From NCBI RefSeq assembly GCF_004010195.1, contig NC_057758.1, positions 5,723,946 to 5,761,083 on the forward strand: a stretch of DNA of 37,138 bases, in the 5' to 3' direction. Under the pieces are notes generated by a model. The model was not told the DNA's origin. It made no database searches and saw only the letters and a list, made by a program, of their open reading frames with translations. Made by a program: the position numbers and the translations under genes. Origin of the DNA: Chiloscyllium plagiosum. Its lineage: Eukaryota. Of this stretch, positions 1-10,605 are shown piece by piece (position 1 is the first letter of the stretch; every line of letters starts with the position of its first letter).

Positions 1-180
1 TGTCTGCGTGGGTTTCCTCCGGGTGCTCCGGTTTCCTCCCACAGTCCAAAGGGCCATAGTGTGCATGAATTGGCCATGCTAAATTGCCTGTAGTGTTAGG
101 TTAGGGGTATGGGTGGGTTGCGCTTCGGCGGCTCGGTGTGGACTTGTTGGGCCTGTTTCCACACTGTAAGTAATCTAACT
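1..180 (+). mobile_element. HE1/V-SINE-type SINE, 3' part (5' end outside window)
   Basis: Contains the V-SINE core TGTCTGCGTGGGTTTCCTCCGGGTGCTCCGGTTTCCTCCCACAGTCCAAAG, then TGAATTGGCCATGCTAAATTG and the CR1-like tail GGCCTGTTTCCACACTGTA. Confidence 0.8.
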
Positions 181-325
181 TCTTTTGGCTGGAACAGTAG
201 ATTGAAAGAAACAGTAATTTCAAATGCAAACAAAAAGTCTGGCTTCTTACTACCGAAGAAGTAATGGGAATTTTTTCTCAATTGAATTACACTGTCAATA
301 TTTGTGGCTAACTTCTGGTGCCCCA

Positions 326-640
326 CATCCATCTGATAGTGCACTATATCACTTTAATCTGTTTCATGGTGAAACCCTCTGAGCTATCTAAGCTGTTCCT
401 TTCCTGCATCTTGAGAACGTCCCACTGTTGCATCCATCTGATAGCGCACTATATCACTTTAATCTGTTTCATGGTGAAACCCTCTGAGCTATCTAAGCTG
501 TTCCTTTCCTGCATCTTGAGAACGTCCCACTGTGGCATCCATCTGATAGCGCACTATATCACTTTAATCTGTTTCAGGCTGAAACCCTCTGAGCAATCTA
601 AGCTGTTCCTTTCCTGCATCTTGAGAACGTCCCACTGTGG
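326..640 (+). repeat. 105-bp tandem repeat, 3 copies
   Basis: CATCCATCTGATAG starts at 326, 431 and 536; single copy in the paralog at ~22362. Confidence 0.95.
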
Positions 641-909
641 TGGTTGTCCTTGCTCTGAACTCCGAAACGTCCCATGTCCCTTCATTCACTCGGCCATGTC
701 GGTCTCAGTATTTCAAGAAAGCTGGCGATATTACTGTTCTCTGGGCTATGTCGCCTTCTCCTGGGTATCAGGAACACTTTATGCATCTTCATCAATTGAT
801 TTGAGTTTTGCCCATGCCAACTAACTAACAACTGAGTGTTTGAGATACATGGTGACTCACCACGTCTGATAGTTGCTCAGGGCCGAAAAGTGTACAATCT
901 GTCTTACGG
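626..909 (+). pseudogene. Degenerate Ig C1-like exon, gene B exon C-a (copy 1)
   Basis: Acceptor ttcctgcatcttgag, phase-1 start (x)RPTVVVV, then C..F...GDITVLW, later YMVTH in a shifted frame, donor G|gtaagt at 910. 284 nt with stops and a frameshift. Confidence 0.55.
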
Positions 910-1085
910 GTAAGTGAATATATTCTGATATTTTGATTGCATTCTTTATAACCAATGTCTCCCCATCTCAGTTATGACTTTGCCTATTCATTGCAGCTTC
1001 CCAAACAAAATGCTGAGAATGAAAAGTTGTCCAGCTGGCTATGCAATGGTGTAAATTTTTTATTCTGTTATATTTCTGCTTTCAG

Positions 1086-1309
1086 AATGTGAACCATCCT
1101 CCGTGAATTTCAGAGTATTCAACAGAAAAGTTCATGAATGCACGAAGTGAATTCTTTGCCAGATCTCCCCACACTAATGTTGATGTCAGCTCACAACCTG
1201 TCTGGTCGCATAAGATTCTCGGGAGAAACAAATCGATAGTCCTGAAACTTGACTCACAGAAGCATACAACTGAGGAAAGTTTTAGTTGCTGTAGTCATCG
1301 CGAAAAGAT
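1086..1309 (+). pseudogene. Degenerate Ig C-like exon, gene B exon C-b (copy 1); 3' end approximate
   Basis: Acceptor tatttctgctttcag, phase 1; *ILCQIS (B-strand Cys), shifted frame ...PVW...SIVLKL...EESFSC (F-strand-like). Confidence 0.35.
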
Positions 1310-1355
1310 GTATATTATCTCACATAGCAAACACCACTAACCTCTGTTGTCACGA

Positions 1356-1529
1356 AATTCGTTGATTGCTCGATTTGGTCCCCATCTGTAAGCAATATTT
1401 TCTCTCAAACATGTATTTTATTGCACAAGACGACATCTTATGATAATAAGATGTCGTCTTGTGCGATAAAAGAGAACTTTGAGAGAAAATATTGCTTACA
1501 GATGGTGAACAAATCTGCAAGAACGAAAT
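1356..1529. repeat. ~170-bp imperfect palindrome (hairpin/MITE-like)
   Basis: CATCTGTAAGCAATATTTTCTCTCAAA pairs with TTTGAGAGAAAATATTGCTTACAGATG; inner GCACAAGACGACATCTTAT-gata-ATAAGATGTCGTCTTGTGC, centre ~1442. Confidence 0.85.
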
Positions 1530-1533
1530 GTTT

Positions 1534-3150
1534 AGAACATAGAACATAGAACAATACAGCACAGAACAGGCCCTTTGGCCCCGGATATATACGTCCACCC
1601 GAAACCTTCCACCCTTCACCTTAAATTTATGTCCCCTTGTAACACTCTGTTGTACCCAGGGAAAAAGTCTCTGACTGTCTACTCTATCTATTCCCCTGAT
1701 CATCTTATAAACCTCTATCAAGTCACCCCTCATCCTTCGCCGTTCCAATGAGAAAAGGTATCCTCGTACGACCTATTCTACATTCCACGCAACATCCTGG
1801 TAAATGTCCTCTGCACCCTCTCCAAAACCTCCACATCTTGCCTAAAATGAGGCGACCAGAACTGCACACAGTACTCCAAATGTGGCCTTACCAAAGTCCT
1901 GTACAGCTGCAACATCAAGAACCTCCAACAACCACTCCTGTGCCTCTTCTATCCATGTTTCCCTGATGGCCACAACATCGTAGTGCCAGGTATCGATCCA
2001 CGCCTTAAGTTCACCCATCTTATTTCTGATACTCCTTGGGTTGAAGTATACACACTTGAACCCATCTCTCTGTCCGCAAGTATTCCCTGTCAGTGCTACA
2101 TTCTCCACAGACTCNNNNNNNNNNNNNNNNNNNNNNNNNNNNNNNNNNNNNNNNNNNNNNNNNNNNNNNNNNNNNNNNNNNNNNNNNNNNNNNNNNNNNN
2201 NNNNNNNNNNNNNNNNNNNNNNNNNNNNNNNNNNNNNNNNNNNNNNNNNNNNNNNNNNNNNNNNNNNNNNNNNNNNNNNNNNNNNNNNNNNNNNNNNNNN
2301 NNNNNNNNNNNNNNNNNNNNNNNNNNNNNNNNNNNNNNNNNNNNNNNNNNNNNNNNNNNNNNNNNNNNNNNNNNNNNNNNNNNNNNNNNNNNNNNNNNNN
2401 NNNNNNNNNNNNNNNNNNNNNNNNNNNNNNNNNNNNNNNNNNNNNNNNNNNNNNNNNNNNNNNNNNNNNNNNNNNNNNNNNNNNNNNNNNNNNNNNNNNN
2501 NNNNNNNNNNNNNNNNNNNNNNNNNNNNNNNNNNNNNNNNNNNNNNNNNNNNNNNNNNNNNNNNNNNNNNNNNNCCCCCCCCAACAGTATCCAAAGCGGT
2601 ATACTTATTGTTGAGGGGAACGACCACAGGTGATCCCTGCACTGCCTGCTTCCTCCCCTTCCCACCTCTAACTGTTACCCAGCTTCCTCTGTTCTCTGGC
2701 GTAACTATGTCCTGTAGCTTCTATCTATCACCATGTCAGCCTCTCGAATAATCATCAATTCATGAAACTCCAGCTCCAGTTCCCTAACGCGGTCTGTGAG
2801 GAGCTGGAGCAGGCTGCACTTCCTGCAGATGAAGTCAGCAGGAGCATCGGTGGTCACCCCGAACTCAAACATCCTGCAGGAGGAACATTCCACTGCCTGC
2901 GCTGCCATAACTCTACACTTAGTCTCTACACGTGTAGTGTCTCAGGTTCCTTCTCTACTCAAATAACAATCACTTAAAATCCCAACCAGCTCTGCGCTCA
3001 GACTACACTTCTGCCCAGCTCCCGCCGCTCTCTGCTGCAAAAAGACGGTTGGCGTCGAGGTAAGTTCTTAAATAACAATCACTTACCTTCCCAACCAGCT
3101 CTGTCCTCCGACTTCACTTCTGCCCAGCTCCTGACGCTCTCTGCTGCAAA
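1534..3150 (-). mobile_element. CR1 (HER1-like) LINE, internally deleted, spans an assembly gap
   Basis: (ATGTTCT)n tail on - strand; RT C-terminus ERRRMRGDLIEVYK; APE start YFNPRSIRNK..YDVVAIRETW; ORF1 zinc knuckle CSSC..FICRKC; 109-bp 5' repeats. Confidence 0.93.
2961..3150 (-). repeat. 109-bp tandem monomers at CR1 5' end (~1.8 copies)
   Basis: AAATAACAATCACTT at 2961 and 3070. Confidence 0.85.
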
Positions 3151-3261
3151 TAAAATTAGTTTGTGAACTGATCACACATCTTCAAATACTCCTAAGGCAC
3201 TTAATATTTCTACTAATGGAAAACTATAAAAAAAAGCATGGTGTCTCTGTTTGTTTACCAG

Positions 3262-3401
3262 AATTATTCGTCCATCAGCTGTTTCTCAGCCATTCTTCCA
3301 GTGCTTTTGTGTTTACATCACTTCTGCATCTTCCTGGACGGCTCATCTCCATTATTGGTATGACTGCAATTGCTATCAGTAAAAGATGTCATGCAATTTG
3401 A
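3262..3401 (+). pseudogene. Candidate transmembrane/short-tail exon, gene B (copy 1)
   Basis: Acceptor tgtttgtttaccag, phase 1, open frame (E)LFVHQLFLSHSSSAFVFTSLLHLPGRLISIIGMTAIAISKRCHAI*; hydrophobic segment ending in KR. Confidence 0.45.
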
Positions 3402-3521
3402 ATATGTTCACCGTTCTACTTACCCATGTGTTATGGACTCGGCCAGAAGCCCTCAAACTATTTTACAACCTGGACCATCAATTTTTCCAGTTCCTTTAAG
3501 CAGATGTGGCGTGGATATTCT

Positions 3522-3740
3522 CGGACGAGAAAGTGGGGACTGCAGATGCTGGAGATCAGAGCTGAAAATGTGTTGTTGGAAAAGCGCAGCAGGTCAGGCA
3601 GCATCCAAGGAACAGGAGAATCGACGTTTCGGGCATAAACCCTTCTTCCTGAAGAAGGGCTTATGCCCGGAACGTCGATTCTCCTGTTCCTTGGATGCTG
3701 CCTGACCTGCTGCGCTTTTCCAGCAACACATTTCCAGCTC
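3522..3740. mobile_element. Penelope-terminal-repeat-derived palindromic insertion with 10-bp TSD
   Basis: Arms of ~90 bp fold about CCCTTCTTC-CT-GAAGAAGGG (3649-3650); flanked by TGGATATTCT at 3512-3521 and 3741-3750; empty site at 27704-27713; similar to the terminal repeat of the PLE at ~6880-7000. Confidence 0.9.
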
Positions 3741-4119
3741 TGGATATTCTAGGAGTAATGCAGCTGGACCAACCGCTTCATTTTGAAGAAAAATGAATGT
3801 ATTTGCAAGATTATTAAATGGAAGACAAACAAAGCAGAACAGAATGGGGAATGCCTGATCGGATCTGAAAACCCAACAGATTATCCCAACTTAATGAAGC
3901 CGGTCCAAATAACTGCAACAATCCCTTTGAACACGCCTTTACAAAAAAAAAGAAATAAGAATCAAAGACAGGTGTATTTTTCAGAAGTGATGTCAGACAG
4001 AGGGAGGATCAGCATGGATCTGCCTCTTTGGGTCCAGCTGCTTCATAGCTGTCTGCTTAAAAAAAAATCAACGGGAGACCAACTGAGTTGGGAGAACTGC
4101 CCACTCCTCTTTCATTGGG

Positions 4120-5500
4120 CAAGTGTACTCCTTCAACTTGAATGCCTTTTGTCTGAGGCAGTTTCGGTTAGCTATAAACAAGTTGGCCCTGAAATACTTT
4201 CAACCTAGACACCCTGGAACCAGTGTATTTACCACCTCTCTGAGAAAAGACAAGGAAAACATAACCTTGTTAAAGAATGGCACCATCACACATGTCTTAG
4301 CCCACTGAATTCTGATATTCCTAGATTCCTACATGTCAATTATTTTAGTCAAGAATCCTCTCCCTGTTCCACAAAGTATTTTTCCGACGTCCAACACTCT
4401 ACCTGTACTTGGACTGCGCCCTCTGACCTTTCATGTATAGTCGACCTTTTCATTGCAATCTTTTAACTTCACATTCGTCGCGTCAGGTTGCCTGTTCCCC
4501 GTTCTCGATTCTAGACTATCTCCATCTGAACTGACTGCATTTAGTGCTCTCAGATCCAACCCTACTATTTTCTTAAGATTGCGAATAGGCGTGGTGCGGT
4601 TACTGTCTGGCTTGCTGAACAAACATTACAGACGCTCGATGTTAGCTTTTGGATAGTGTCTGCCTTCTCCAACTGGACAGCGACTCCAACATGGAACATC
4701 AGACCACAGTGTCTACAACGGTCACTAAACATATTTCACCCTGTGATCTCCTGTCCACTGCTTCCACGCTCTTAGTCTCCAACCCTGCTAAAGTGCGCAT
4801 TTGCATCCTTCCTAAAATTCACAAACTCTTCTGCCCATCTGTGTTTTCTGTCCACTCCTGCTCCGTAGAGCACGACTGTTCCAAAATCGATTCAATGTTT
4901 TTCTCCTCTTCATCGGTTCATTCTGACGTACATCCGCCAGTCCTCTGTCGCTTTCCTCCAGTTTCACAACTTCCAGTTCTCGGGCTCCTCCCAGCTTCTC
5001 TTCACAATGGGACATGCAATGCCGAATCATCACCACCACATGAATGTGGTCTGAAGGCGTACCACACTTCATTGAACAAAATGCCCCATCCTCCACGGGA
5101 CCCCTCTGCCTGGCCCACCTTTGCCTCACCCTGAAGAGCTGTTCTTTAGGTCCCCTTACCTTCTTCAGATCGACGAGGTCTGGAAGCCATTGTTCAGGCA
5201 TGGTTCCAAGTGCAGCCTTCCTCTTTGTGAGGTACATGGGACATTCCTTATTGCGGTCCGACTATGGTCCCTCCTCAGCACTGATCTGACTTTCTCTCAT
5301 TTCAACCTTATCACCTTTCTCCTTGTCCGGCAGGACCGATGGGGTCCGCCTTGTCCTCACTCACCAGCATCAGCGTCAAGAGGCGCATTCACCGCCGTTT
5401 GTGCCACGTGAGCGTGTTGTCACCACGAGTTACATGTTCCCCTCCCGTCCCTTGTTCGCCTTCCGCAAGGAAAATTGCATCCGCGGCGCACTCTGTGATT
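4120..5500 (+). mobile_element. Old Penelope-like element fragment (RT region)
   Basis: Degenerate PLE peptides: LSPSELTAFSALRSNPTI (cf. LSPSELAALRSLRSNPD), ILPKIHK, GSKCSLPLCE; ends with FPSRPLFAFRK. Confidence 0.75.
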
Positions 5501-5938
5501 GTCATTTTGTCCTTTTTTTTTAAAGAGAGCTTGTGAAGGCAGAGGTGCCGCTGAGACTAGGAAAAGCCTGGTTTAAATTGATAGTGGAAGGGTCATTTTT
5601 TTTCCAATTCAAGTTAGTTCTTGTTTGGTTCAGCTGTGGCAGTTACACGATTCGATGGCCCATCTTTACAAACAAGCACCCATTAAAGTGTACAAAGGTT
5701 TTGGTTCTGAACATGATTTCTTGAATAGGACAGATTGAGAATGAAAGGGGTTAAGCGAACAAACTCTAAACTGCTGCAGAGCTGTTCCAACAAACCTCTG
5801 TCTCTCACGTGTTCTGTTCTCCAGTCTCCATCCAGACATCGAATTCAATTATTTTCTTCTGTCTTTTGTGTATCTCTGCCCGTCAAACCATAAATGGCAG
5901 GATCAGTCCTGATCATGTCGAAGTTTCAAGAAAGTGCA

Positions 5939-5973
5939 ATGGACCAAGTCAGCTATTTCTGCTGTTGACGTTT
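5939..5973 (+). pseudogene. Candidate leader exon, gene A (copy 1)
   Basis: ATG at 5939, hydrophobic run SQLFLLLTF in a shifted frame, donor gtaagt at 5974; followed by a TG-rich intron and the V-like exon. Confidence 0.35.
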
Positions 5974-5979
5974 GTAAGT

Positions 5980-6325
5980 GTTCGTGTATGGATGTGTGTG
6001 AGCGTATGTATTTGTGTATGTGTGTTTATGGATGTGTGTGTGTGCGTGTATATGTATGTCTCTGTTTGTGTCTGGGTGTGGGTGTGAGGGCTTGTGTGTG
6101 TGGTGATTCTGTTGACAAGTGCGTGTGTGTGTGCTTGTGTATGTATGTATATATGTAGGAGGTCTGCCTGGGTACGTTTGTGTGTGCGTAAGTGTGTATG
6201 TTTTGTGTTTGCGGATGCATGTGTGTGCAGGGTATGTATGCGTAAGGCCGACCGTGTGTTTGCCTGTGACTCTATGAGAGCATGTGCATGCGTACCTGTG
6301 TCTGTGTGTGTGCGCGTGTGTGTGT
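5980..6325 (+). repeat. Degenerate (TG)n-rich microsatellite tract
   Basis: Interrupted TG runs; source of the HT/VC-rich spurious ORFs. Confidence 0.9.
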
Positions 6326-6362
6326 TTTCCACTCTCTCTGTCCCTTTTTTTAATCTTGCCAG

Positions 6363-6660
6363 TTTCAGGCTGAGCGATTGCTCAGGTTCGATGGGTCGAT
6401 TGGCCTAATCCAACTGAGAATTGCCATTTCAAATAAATAGCAATAAACTGAAACAGTTCCAGGAATCCAAGGACGAAGAAGAATATTAGCGTCATGTTCT
6501 TGTCAGGTCCTCTGAGACTGGACAGCATAAAGGGTAAAATGAATCAAACACCAATTGCAATCCCAGGTCCACGGGTATGATCTCCAAAGGTTCCACAGCA
6601 AGGGTCAAGTGAGAAGTGGAGCCCTCCATCCTGGTACCAGGAAGAGAGCAGTAATAAATG
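6363..6660 (+). pseudogene. Degenerate Ig V(J)-type exon, gene A (copy 1)
   Basis: Acceptor ttttttaatcttgccag; phase-1 VSG*AIAQ...TENCHFK*IAIN* (B-strand Cys; TGA at Trp position, then KQF-PG-like); shifted frame VHGYDLQRFHSK...HPGTRKRAVIN-G; 298 nt. Confidence 0.5.
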
Positions 6661-6879
6661 GACTGATCGTATGAGCTAAGAATCTGATGTCTCTCACCCA
6701 GTTTCTCTCATTCTATCTTGCACCATCTTCCCATTCTATCACTTTATGTATCTCCTACTCTCTCGTCTGTCACTTACCTTTCTCTTACCTTTTATCTTTC
6801 TCTGATATTCTGTCTCCCTCTTTAATTTGTCATTCACTCTGTCTTACTCTCTGTCCGTCACTATTTGTGTGTTGGAGAG

Positions 6880-8645
6880 AGTGAGTTCTGCAGATACTGG
6901 ACATCAGAATTCAGTGTGCATTGCTGGAAAAGCACAGCAGGTCAGGCAGTATCCGGGGAACAGGGAAATCGACGTTTCAGCTCGGAGCCCTCAGGAATGA
7001 GACTGGGAGCCTCGGGGTGCAGAGATAAATGAGAGCAAGTTGGAGCTAAGGAGAAGGTGGCTGAGGGTGCAATGGTTGGATGGAAGAGGGGGTAAAGTTG
7101 ATAGATCGGAGACAAAGGTGGTGCGGATGGGTGTGAAGGAAGATTGACATGTGGGACAGAACACGAGGGCTTTGCTGAGCTGGACGTTTGGAACTGGGGT
7201 AAGGCGGGGGCAGGGACAATGAGGAAACAGGTGAAGTCCACATTGATGCCCACGGTTTGAATGGTCCAGAGGCAGAATATAAGGTGTGGTTCTTCCAGGC
7301 GTCGGATGGTGAGGGAGTGGCGATGGAAGAGGCCCAGGACCTGCATATCCTCGGCGAAGTGGGACAGGGCGTTGAGATGTTCGGCCACAGGGTGGTGGGG
7401 TTGATTGGTGCAGGTGTCCCAGAGATGTTCTCTAAAGCACTCTGCGAGAAGGCGCCCGGTCTTGCCAATGTAGAGGAGACTGCAACGGGAGCAACAGATG
7501 CATAAAATGACATGTGGAACTGCAGGTAAAACTTTGATGGAGGTGGAAGGCTCCTCTGGGGCCTTGATCGGAGCTAAGGTGGGTGGTGTGGGAGGAGGGG
7601 TTGCAATTCCTGAGGTAACAGGAGAATGTGCCAGGAGTGGAGTTTCGCTTATTTGGGAGTATGGACCTGACAAGGTAGTCCCGGAGGGAACGGTTTTTGC
7701 AGAAAGCAGATAGCGGTAGGGAGGGAAATATATCCCTGGTGGTGAGGTCGATTTGTATGTGGCGCACATTTCGGTGGATGATGCGAATTATGCGGAGGTT
7801 GGTGGAGTGCAAGTTAAGACCGGGGGTGTTCTGTCCTTGTTGCGGTTGAAGGGGTGGGCGTCGAGATCATAGGTACGGTTGTTGGATGAGATCCTGTGGA
7901 AGGCATCTTCAAACACATGGTAGGTGAAATATGAGCCTTCAAGGGATGAGGTCATCTTTTGTTTATTTTGGTGGACCTGGTCCTGCTGGGAGCAGATGCG
8001 GCAGAGGTGGAGGGATTGAAATACCACATGGCATTCTTGAAAGAGGTAGAGTGGGATGAGGTGTAATCCAGGAACCTCTGGGTGTCGGTGTGTTTGTAAA
8101 AACTGTCAGTGTTGAGTGCGCCCTCGCGGATGAAGACAGAGGGGTCTGAGAAGGGGAAGCAGGTGTTAGAGATAGTCCAGGTGAATTTAAGTTCGGGCTA
8201 GAATGTGTTGATGAAGTGGATGAACTGTTCGACCTCCTCACGGTAGCACGTGATGGCGCCAATGGAGTCATCAAATTCGCAGCGGAAGAGGTGGGGAGTG
8301 TTGGCGGTGTAACTCCGGAAGATGGGCTGTTCTACGCAGCTGACGAAGAGACAGACATAGCTGGGGCCCATGCTGGTGCAGAGGGCTACCCCTTTCGTCT
8401 GGACGAAATGGGAGGATTGGAAGGAGAAATGGTTGAGTGTGGGGACCAATTCAGCCAAACGAATGAGTTTGTCAGTGAAAGTGTTCTGCCGTGGTGTCTG
8501 GAGAGGAAGAAACGGAAGGCTTGGAGGCCCTAGTCATGGCGGTTAGAGGCTTCGTGGGACATCAGTCCATGGTGAAGATGAGGCATTGGGGCGGGGAACT
8601 GGAAGGCTTGGAGGAGGTGGAGGACGTGTGTTATGTCCCTTACGT
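6880..8645 (-). mobile_element. Penelope-like element (RT + GIY-YIG endonuclease), degenerate
   Basis: LNHFSFQSSHFVQTKGVALCTSMGPSY..FRCEFDD (RT), VILCICCSRCSLLYIGKTGRLLAECFREHL (GIY-YIG), terminal repeat with degenerate hammerhead-like core at ~6970-6995. Confidence 0.93.
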
Positions 8646-8930
8646 GTGTGGGAATTTCATACTTTTTGTTTCATTCCCTGATTCTCTTCGTCTGTCCCAC
8701 CTTCTCTCTCCATCTCTCTTTCTCTGCTACTCACACAGTGTGTCTTGAGCTCAACCACTGCCTCTCTGTCTTTGTCTGAAACTCTGTATCTCTTACTCTA
8801 TATGCCAGTCTACCTCTTTCAGTTGGTCTTTTGCTCGGTTTCTCTCACTCTGGTTCTGTCTGCCTTGGATCGCCATCCATCCGAATTCATTTCAGGCTCT
8901 AATCACACTGATTTTGAAATTTGATTCCAG

Positions 8931-9335
8931 ATTCTCCATCGCTGGTCGTTTCTCCAGTATGTTTTCAATCCCGCTTGTAAACCTTCTTGACTCGGACACT
9001 TGAATGAAATATCCTTCTTAACCTTGTTAGCTTGAAGACGAACAGGTCCTATCTGAAGTCTCTTCTTGCACAATGCTATTCAGCATTGGGGTCCTGCAAT
9101 AAGCGTTTCTGCACAAGATCATTCCGAAGATGCTGGAACTGAGTTGTTCCAAACTGAATACGTTTGCAACAAGATGAGCGAGCTCTACTTTCTGAGATCA
9201 AGGAACTGGAAATACTGACTCTGCGATAGGGTTTCAGAACAGTACAATGCCAAGTGAGATGTGGTGCTGACATGTAATGACTCTCCTCACGATACCTGCA
9301 TAGTGTTAACTCACTGCTGTCCCACTTTGACAAAG
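8931..9335 (+). pseudogene. Degenerate Ig C1-like exon, gene A (copy 1); 3' end approximate
   Basis: Acceptor ttgattccag, phase 1 DSPSLVVSP...LNLVSL (LNLVCL in copy 2); shifted frames ..QHW..EYVCNKMSELYF..NW and VQCQVR. Confidence 0.45.
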
Positions 9336-9614
9336 GGCTGATTGTGTAATCTCTCTGGACTTTGGTTGATGCCGTATGAAGATAGAGAAGGAAGGGCATC
9401 ATTAGTTTGAGTATGTCCCACGAATTTGAGTGCCTTCCTTATTTCATTAACATTTGATACAATCTGGCTATGCTCCATCTTACTACCTTGGCACTTCAAA
9501 ATCTGCATCTGAATTTCAGTGGTTGAATCTGCTGATCATGATACCCATTCCAACACAGGACCCCAGGCAGATGTCTACACAAAGATTTGGGAAATACATG
9601 TGTTCCTTGCGGAG

Positions 9615-9860
9615 AAGGAACACAGTACCAGAGGTCGACGATTCAGCCGATCAAGATTGCTCAGCCATTCAATGTGTCGTAGTTCATCTGATCATTCATG
9701 ATTCCAGTTTCTGCTTCGACCCGTTAACCCACGATTCACTTCCTGATTAAATATCTGTCTCTGCATCTCAGCCTTGAATATACTGACTGACCCAGACTCG
9801 ACTCCTCCTTGTGGTAAACAATTCCACAGATTCACGCCCCTGGGAGCACAGCCCCTCCAA
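9615..9860 (-). mobile_element. CR1 LINE 3'-end fragment
   Basis: ATTCAGCCGATCAAGATTGCTCAGCCATTCAAT...TCAGCCTTGAATATACT...AATTCCACAGATTCAC resemble the reverse-strand CR1 3' end (VNLWNCLP). Confidence 0.7.
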
Positions 9861-10420
9861 CAGTCTTGTACTCCATTAACATTGCCCCCCCCCCACCTCC
9901 CAAAATAGTGCTCACTCCTTCAACACTGAACCTCCGAATGTCCGGCACTCCTTCAGTACTTACTTTCCGACAGTGTGCCACTCATTCAGCCCTGATGCTG
10001 TGACAGGACCCACCCTTTCAGCAATGGTCTTCCGACTGTGGAGCTCCCTCAGCGTAAATCCTCTGCCATGACTGCACTTCTTCAGCACTGAACCTCCGAT
10101 AGTGCGAAGATCTGTCAGCACTGACCCTCCACAGTGCAGAACTCCCTCAGCACGGACCGTCTGACAGTGTGTTACTCTCGGAACTGACCATTTTCCAGGT
10201 TGGCACTGTTGTAACACTGCCTTTCAGACAATGGAGCTCCCTCAGCGCTGACACTCCAGCAATGCAACACTCCTTCAACACAAACCCTCTGGCAGAGCCC
10301 ACTTCCTCAACAATGACCTTCTAACAATGCCCACATTCTCAGGGCTGACAATGCAATAGTGCTTTCTTCGTCAACACCAAGTCTCTGACATGTCAGGTCT
10401 GACCCTCTGACAGAGTCCAC
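9860..10420 (+). repeat. Degenerate ~32-bp minisatellite (CACTGACCCTCC-ACAGTGCAG-ACTCCCTCAG)
   Basis: Recurrent ACTGA(C/A)CCTCC..CAGTG..CTCCCTCAG units; also at ~34170-34730. Confidence 0.8.
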
Positions 10421-10605
10421 TTCGTTAACATCGACCATGTGAGTCTTTTCTCCCTGGCATTCTGACAATGCCATTTTCTTTAGTTTCCTTCGTCAACACC
10501 AAGTCTCTGACAGGTCAGGACTGACCCTCTGACAGAGTCCACTTCGTTAACATCGACCATGTGAGTCTTTTCTCCCTGGCATTCTGACAATGCCATTTTC
10601 TTTAG
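10362..10605 (+). repeat. 122-bp tandem duplication
   Basis: TCAACACCAAGTCTC at 10371 and 10493; single copy at ~34681-34803. Confidence 0.93.

Noticed and set aside
318..824. 168-aa Cys/His-rich repeat ORF
   Set aside because: Produced by the 105-bp triplication read in a frame different from the Ig-like one; the paralog is shorter and neither starts with ATG.
1842..2751. Long ORFs with X runs (also 17546-18340, 25553-27049)
   Set aside because: Length is due to N gaps; the real parts are mostly CR1 ORF1/ORF2 fragments.
4123..4308. 61-aa ORF conserved in both copies (28088-28273)
   Set aside because: Starts within the Penelope remnant; conservation is explained by recent duplication and there is no recognisable motif.
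5934..6408. HT/VC-rich ORFs (also 30291-30799)
   Set aside because: Translations of (TG)n microsatellite.
8734..8770. CACAGTG heptamer as a possible RSS
   Set aside because: No nonamer at 12/23 spacing and not adjacent to the V-like exon; the other CACAGTG hits noticed lie in repeats.
9860..10420. CRISPR-like periodic array
   Set aside because: Degenerate tandem minisatellite with no unique spacers, in vertebrate DNA.
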